Assembly: GCA_963677595.1 (NCBI GenBank)
Contig: OY782041.1
Span: 384,001 to 448,000 of the forward strand
From: Spirochaetia bacterium
Lineage (GTDB): Bacteria > Spirochaetota > Spirochaetia > CAKZLE01
Direction: 5' to 3'
Length of the DNA: 64,000 nucleotides
Shown here: positions 59,429-64,000 of the stretch, one piece after another
Layout: the number at the start of each line of letters is the position of its first letter
Numbering within the stretch: the first letter of the stretch is position 1
Position numbers and translations under genes: made by a program
The notes under the pieces: model-generated
What the model saw: the letters and a program-made list of their open reading frames with translations, nothing else
Databases searched by the model: none
Told to the model about the DNA's origin: nothing

Positions 59429-60930
59429 ATGAATCGCTGCCTGATCTCGGCACTCACATAGTCTAGGATCGATACCGTGACAGCGATGAACCAGACGGCG
59501 ATCCCCGCAGCCCGATAGTCGAGCAGCCTGATATACTGAACGAGCAGGAACCCGATACCGCCTCCACCGACCATACCAATGACCGTTGACATCCTCACGT
59601 TTATGTCCCAGCGATAGATTGTGAAGGAGACGAATGGCGGGATCATCTGCGGGACGACCGCATAGAGGATCGTCTGAAGCCGGGTTGCCCCGGTCGCCTG
59701 GATCGCCTCGATCGGCCCGTCGTCGATGTTCTCGATCGCCTCGGAATAGAGCTTGCCCAGTGCCGCGATCGTATGGATCGTGAGGGCCAGGATACCGGCA
59801 AACGGCCCGAGACCTACCCATACGACGGCGATCAGAGCCCAGATCATCGGTTCGATCGATCGTATAATATTAAGGATAGCCCGCACGATGTAGTAGATCG
59901 CCATTGTGACCCAGGAGCCGGACATGAGGTTACGGGCAGCAAGGAAGCTGACCGGAACCGAGATGATGATACCGAACAGGGTCGCCATCATTCCCATGAA
60001 GATCGTCTCGATCATCAGCTCAATCGTCAGCCGCAGCGGCTCACTGGCCAGCGGGCCGCCCACCTGGAAGGTCTGGCGCGCCTCGACCGTGTGTATCTGC
60101 TGACCCACAGCGCTCGGCGGTACCAGACGGTATGGCATGACGAGATCGAAGGAGAATCCCCCTTCGGCATCGGTCATCACCGTGACGTACTCGCGGTTCT
60201 GCCTCGGTCTGAACTCATTACCCCCGGCATCTGTCCACCATATCTCGGTGAAGGTGTCAGGTTCAAAACCTGAACCCGTGATTTTCAACGTATCACCGAG
60301 GATCATGTTGTTCGCACTGTCGGTATGCGACATATTTCCGAAGTTCGGCTCTGAAAGCAGGTATGGTTCCCCCTCTACCTGCGGAGCAGGTACGGGAGGG
60401 TTCTCCGTATCATCCACGAGGATCTTTGCCTCTGCGGAGATCCTCTCCTCATCATAGGTGATCGCAGCCTCCCAGGGCCAGAGGATCTTGGAGAGAGGCG
60501 GCCATGCGTCAGGGAACTCTTTTGCCATCTTGACCAGGTTGATCTCACTGATCTGCCAGCCGACAGTGAAGAAGAGGATGAGGATCACGACGAAGAGCAT
60601 GGGGCTCTTCTTCTGTTTGCCTGCAAGCAGCCACGCATCACGGCTGTTCCAGAGCCAGACAGCAAGGATCCCGAGGAGCGTCAGGGCAACGAAGAACGGG
60701 GCCCTGGAGAAGGCCTTGGCAAGCTTTGCCGCTGCTGTGACCTCGAGGTGGGCAAGCAGGTTGATCCTCCAGATAGCAAGGCCGATCAGGGTCACCATGG
60801 AGATCAACAGCAGAATACCCCTGCGGACCTGGCCTGCAAGCAGTTGGCCGAAGCCGGGTATCAGGAGGGAGAGGATAGAGAGGGTGATCCGTTTCTTCCC
60901 TGCTTTCGGGGTTCCATCGGACTTGTTCAT
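59425..60930 (-). CDS. phnE: Phosphonate/phosphite ABC permease PhnE with N-terminal and soluble extensions
   Basis: C-terminal half reads RSIEP…VGLGPFAG…GKLYSEAIE…YRWDINVR…GGGGIG; 501 aa. Confidence 0.9.
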   Translation of the reverse strand: MNKSDGTPKAGKKRITLSILSLLIPGFGQLLAGQVRRGILLLISMVTLIGLAIWRINLLAHLEVTAAAKLAKAFSRAPFFVALTLLGILAVWLWNSRDAWLLAGKQKKSPMLFVVILILFFTVGWQISEINLVKMAKEFPDAWPPLSKILWPWEAAITYDEERISAEAKILVDDTENPPVPAPQVEGEPYLLSEPNFGNMSHTDSANNMILGDTLKITGSGFEPDTFTEIWWTDAGGNEFRPRQNREYVTVMTDAEGGFSFDLVMPYRLVPPSAVGQQIHTVEARQTFQVGGPLASEPLRLTIELMIETIFMGMMATLFGIIISVPVSFLAARNLMSGSWVTMAIYYIVRAILNIIRSIEPMIWALIAVVWVGLGPFAGILALTIHTIAALGKLYSEAIENIDDGPIEAIQATGATRLQTILYAVVPQMIPPFVSFTIYRWDINVRMSTVIGMVGGGGIGFLLVQYIRLLDYRAAGIAVWFIAVTVSILDYVSAEIRQRFI

Positions 60931-61721
60931 ACGGCACCCCCTTTTCCCGAGATCGAGGCATCATCGACACGGATAGCCTCCTCTCCGTACACTTCCTTGA
61001 ACTGCTCATCCGTCATGGTACGAATATCGGCTCCAGTACCGCGGTAAACTACCTTGCCGTCCTTGAGGCCGACGACTTTCGTGGCATACCGCTGTACGAG
61101 GTCAAGATAATGGAGTGAGCAGATGACCGTGATCCCCTGCTCCCGGTTGAGTTTCTCGAGATAGCCGAGGATCGAATGGGCAAGCACCGGGTCAAGACTG
61201 GCGACCGGTTCGTCTGCCAGGATCAGCTTAGGGTCCTGCATGAGCGCCCGGGCTATCCCTACACGCTGCTGCTGCCCTCCTGAGAGCTCATCGGCACGCT
61301 TCCTGGCTTGGTCCTTGATGCCGACCATCTCGAGGGCATCGAAAGCGCGTTTGCGGTCCTTATCAGGGAAGTGGTAGAGCAGACTCTGCATCGGGTTCAC
61401 ATACCCGAGTCGGCCGGAGAGCACGTTGGTGAGCACGCTCGATCGTTTGACCAGGTTGAAATGCTGGAAGATCATGCCGATCTTCCTCCTGACCTCCCGA
61501 AGCTCTTTCGGCGGGACAGCACTGATCTCGACACCGTCCCAGACGATCGCACCGTCGGTCGGTTCTATCAGCCGGTTGATACAGCGCAGCAGGGTGGATT
61601 TCCCCGACCCTGACAGGCCAATGATCACGAGGAAGTCCCCCTCCTCTACTTCAAAACTGACGCCCTTCAGGGCCTCAGTGCCATCGGGATAGGTCTTTCT
61701 CAAGTCTTTGAATTCCAGCAT
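60927..61721 (-). CDS. phnC: Phosphonate ABC ATP-binding protein
   Basis: [41 protein letters not shown]. Confidence 0.93.
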   Translation of the reverse strand: MLEFKDLRKTYPDGTEALKGVSFEVEEGDFLVIIGLSGSGKSTLLRCINRLIEPTDGAIVWDGVEISAVPPKELREVRRKIGMIFQHFNLVKRSSVLTNVLSGRLGYVNPMQSLLYHFPDKDRKRAFDALEMVGIKDQARKRADELSGGQQQRVGIARALMQDPKLILADEPVASLDPVLAHSILGYLEKLNREQGITVICSLHYLDLVQRYATKVVGLKDGKVVYRGTGADIRTMTDEQFKEVYGEEAIRVDDASISGKGGAV

Positions 61722-61811
61722 GGCAACCTCTGTTAACTAGGAGAAGATAAGAAAAACCAGGCAGTCGGGAAGCATGGTGATCATGTTCCCGGCAGCCTGG
61801 CAAATTGATGG

Positions 61812-62714
61812 TTAGTTCAGTTCGGTGATATCAAGGCCGGCAGCCTGGAGTACCTGACGGAACGGATCGTAGAAGGTATCATCGTGTTCTTCGAGAGCAT
61901 CCCACTGGTACGCTGTACTCAGTGCAGCTTTTCCCTCTTCGGTAGAGACGATCTTCAGCAGGGCTGCGACGATCTTCTTTCGCATCTCGGGATCGAAGGA
62001 CGGGATGAACTGGACACCGTCATTCGGAATGTCGGTCGTCAGGCCGATGATCTTCACGTCGTCCATGACATTGGGGTAATCACCCTCTACACGTGTACGT
62101 GCATCCACATAGCTGGCACCTGCATCGACATCCCCGTTGAGGACAGCTGCGACTACTGCGTCATGGCTTCCTGCATCGACGATTCCCTTCAGGTCGGTAG
62201 GATTGACACCTGCTGCCCGCATGGTCAGCATGGGAATGATCCAGCCGCTCGTTGAGAGGGGGTCAGGGCGGGCAAAGGTCTTCCCTGCCAGGTCGGCAGG
62301 AGAGTTGATCCCGCTGTCGGTACGAGCCATGAGCTGTCCGTTATAGGTCGGGCTCCCATATCGTACGGAGACCAGGGCTGCATCAGCAACACCTCGATCA
62401 GCTGCGAGGACATATGCGAAGGTAGCCAGTGAAGCCATGTGGGCTTCAGCAGGTTCGCTTGCCATAGCCTCGATGACCCCTGCATACTCGGTAGCCACAT
62501 TGGTGTCGAAATAGTAGCCTGTCTCCTTGTGCAGAAGGTCAGCGACATCCTGGGCACCTGCAGCCACACGCTCCATCTCACCTGACGGGACGAATGACCA
62601 GATGATAGGATTCGCCTCCGTACCGAGCGGAGACTCCACGGCACCCTGAGCGAAGATTGCGGCAGCACTGCCGATGAGACAGAACAGAATAGTAAGAATC
62701 ATGATTTTCTTCAC
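61812..62714 (-). CDS. phnD: Phosphate/phosphite/phosphonate ABC substrate-binding protein
   Basis: GTG start; EYAGVIEAM, DPLSTSG, GSHD, IPND. Confidence 0.88.
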   Translation of the reverse strand: MKKIMILTILFCLIGSAAAIFAQGAVESPLGTEANPIIWSFVPSGEMERVAAGAQDVADLLHKETGYYFDTNVATEYAGVIEAMASEPAEAHMASLATFAYVLAADRGVADAALVSVRYGSPTYNGQLMARTDSGINSPADLAGKTFARPDPLSTSGWIIPMLTMRAAGVNPTDLKGIVDAGSHDAVVAAVLNGDVDAGASYVDARTRVEGDYPNVMDDVKIIGLTTDIPNDGVQFIPSFDPEMRKKIVAALLKIVSTEEGKAALSTAYQWDALEEHDDTFYDPFRQVLQAAGLDITELN

Positions 62715-63054
62715 AACGTTTCCTCCTTGTTGAAACTCTGTGATCGATCAACTCCCAAAAGACTGGGAGAACTGACTGTGGACCCCCCGAACACTCAGCC
62801 AACTCACAAACGGTATCATCGTGCCCTAAGGCCCCGACCCTTCCTGGTTCTCTCCAGTCTTTGACGATCCTGATAAAGAACCAGACAAGAGTCATTACAT
62901 AAGACTATAGTTCAGTATAGCCCTGCTGCACTTAAAGATAAAGGGGAAAGTGCAAGTTCATGGATATCACTGAGATTTTCAACCACAAAAAAGAGAGTAC
63001 CGCGATCTGACAGCGCAATACCCTCTTTCTATGTTTTGTTTTTGATGTGTCAGC

Positions 63055-64000
63055 TTATTCGACGATATAGATCCAGCCTTCAGGCCCCTCTATATCACCG
63101 AACTGGATACCGCAGAGGGTATCGTAGAGCTTATGGGTCACTGGTCCCGTCTCGGTCTCGGAGTAGAACACATGGAGGTTCCCGCCGTATTGGATCCCGC
63201 CGATCGGTGTGATCACTGCAGCGGTACCGCAGGCACCGGCTTCGATGAAGTCGTCAAGGCTGGTGATCGGGACATCACGCTCGATGACGGTCATCCCGAG
63301 TTCCCCTTCCGCGATCGCGATCAGGGAGCGCTTCGTGATGCTTGCTAAAATCGAGGGGGACTTCGGCGTGACGAACTCATTGTCAGCCGTGATCCCGAAG
63401 AAGTTGGCTGCACCAACCTCCTCGATGTTGGTATGGGTCGCAGGATCGAGGTAGATGCAGTCAGCGTATCCCTGCTGTGCAGCTTCCTTATGGGGAAGCA
63501 TGGAGGCTGCGTAGTTGCCGCCCACCTTGGCCTGACCTGTACCCTGGGGTGCGGCGCGGTCCATCCCCGTCACGGAGAAGTTGACCGGTGTCAGGCCGCC
63601 CTTGAAATAGGGGCCTACCGGGACACAGAAGATCGAGAAGATATACTCAGGGGCGGGCTTCACCCCGATGTTGCTTCCGACACCGATCATGAACGGGCGG
63701 ATGTAGAGTGTAGCCCCCGTTCCGTAGGGCGGGACCCATTGCTCGTTCGCCTTCACCACCTGCATACAGGCGTCGATGAACTTGTCGACCGGGATCGTTG
63801 GCATCAGGACCCGCTGGCAGCTCAGCTGCATCCTCTCGGCATTCAAATCAGGCCTGAAGAGCCTGATCTTCCCATCTTTTCCCCGGTATGCCTTCAGCCC
63901 CTCGAAGCACTGCTGGCCGTAATGGAGGGCTGTGGATGCCTCGCTTATATGGAGGGTATTGTCTTCGGTCAGGACACCGTCATCCCAGGATCCGTCTTTC
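63055..64000 (-). CDS. ilvE: Branched-chain amino acid aminotransferase (5' end off the window)
   Basis: Frame open to the window edge (…ALHYGQQCFEGLKAY…); LYIRP, AKVGGNYA, EEVGAANFF, GTAAVITP. Confidence 0.93.
   Translation of the reverse strand, partial: KDGSWDDGVLTEDNTLHISEASTALHYGQQCFEGLKAYRGKDGKIRLFRPDLNAERMQLSCQRVLMPTIPVDKFIDACMQVVKANEQWVPPYGTGATLYIRPFMIGVGSNIGVKPAPEYIFSIFCVPVGPYFKGGLTPVNFSVTGMDRAAPQGTGQAKVGGNYAASMLPHKEAAQQGYADCIYLDPATHTNIEEVGAANFFGITADNEFVTPKSPSILASITKRSLIAIAEGELGMTVIERDVPITSLDDFIEAGACGTAAVITPIGGIQYGGNLHVFYSETETGPVTHKLYDTLCGIQFGDIEGPEGWIYIVE

Overview
This 64-kb window is bacterial chromosomal DNA, mostly GC-rich. The signal peptides (…FAGGQQE, …FAGGAQE, …FAQGAVE) and lipoboxes suggest a free-living spirochaete (Sphaerochaeta/Spirochaeta-like); this is inference. 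In order it carries: a YfcC transporter, a DapA-like lyase and a cysteine desulfidase; DeoR plus the ChvE-GguAB sugar ABC transporter; a bifunctional sucrose-phosphate synthase; an accessory patch (DUF4143 ATPase, FG-GAP lipoprotein, orphan MNT antitoxin with a HEPN stump); LacI-galT-galK; thrA (degenerate aspartokinase domain)-thrC; rpmB; nth; a ~15-kb minus-strand methyltransferase/purine cluster; MscS; Tex; tRNA-Pro and tRNA-Arg; an AT-richer island with type I-E CRISPR-Cas (28 repeats, 27 spacers, split cas3) and higBA; a HAD hydrolase; phnDCE; and a partial ilvE. The best candidate for an undescribed system is the cluster at 27638-42411. It joins a BMP-family purine/nucleoside ABC importer, a RACE/DUF4445 corrinoid activator, a pyrrolysine-free MtmB homologue (Ile at the Pyl202 position), a corrinoid protein, DUF1638, a YgfM/XdhD molybdoenzyme and a URO-D/MT2-like methyltransferase fused to a thioredoxin-like domain. 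Two leaders in the cluster share a stem-loop motif with compensatory base changes. Hypothesis: anaerobic, cobalamin-dependent N-demethylation of methylated purines or methylxanthines. All protein assignments come from motif recognition by eye, not from database searches.
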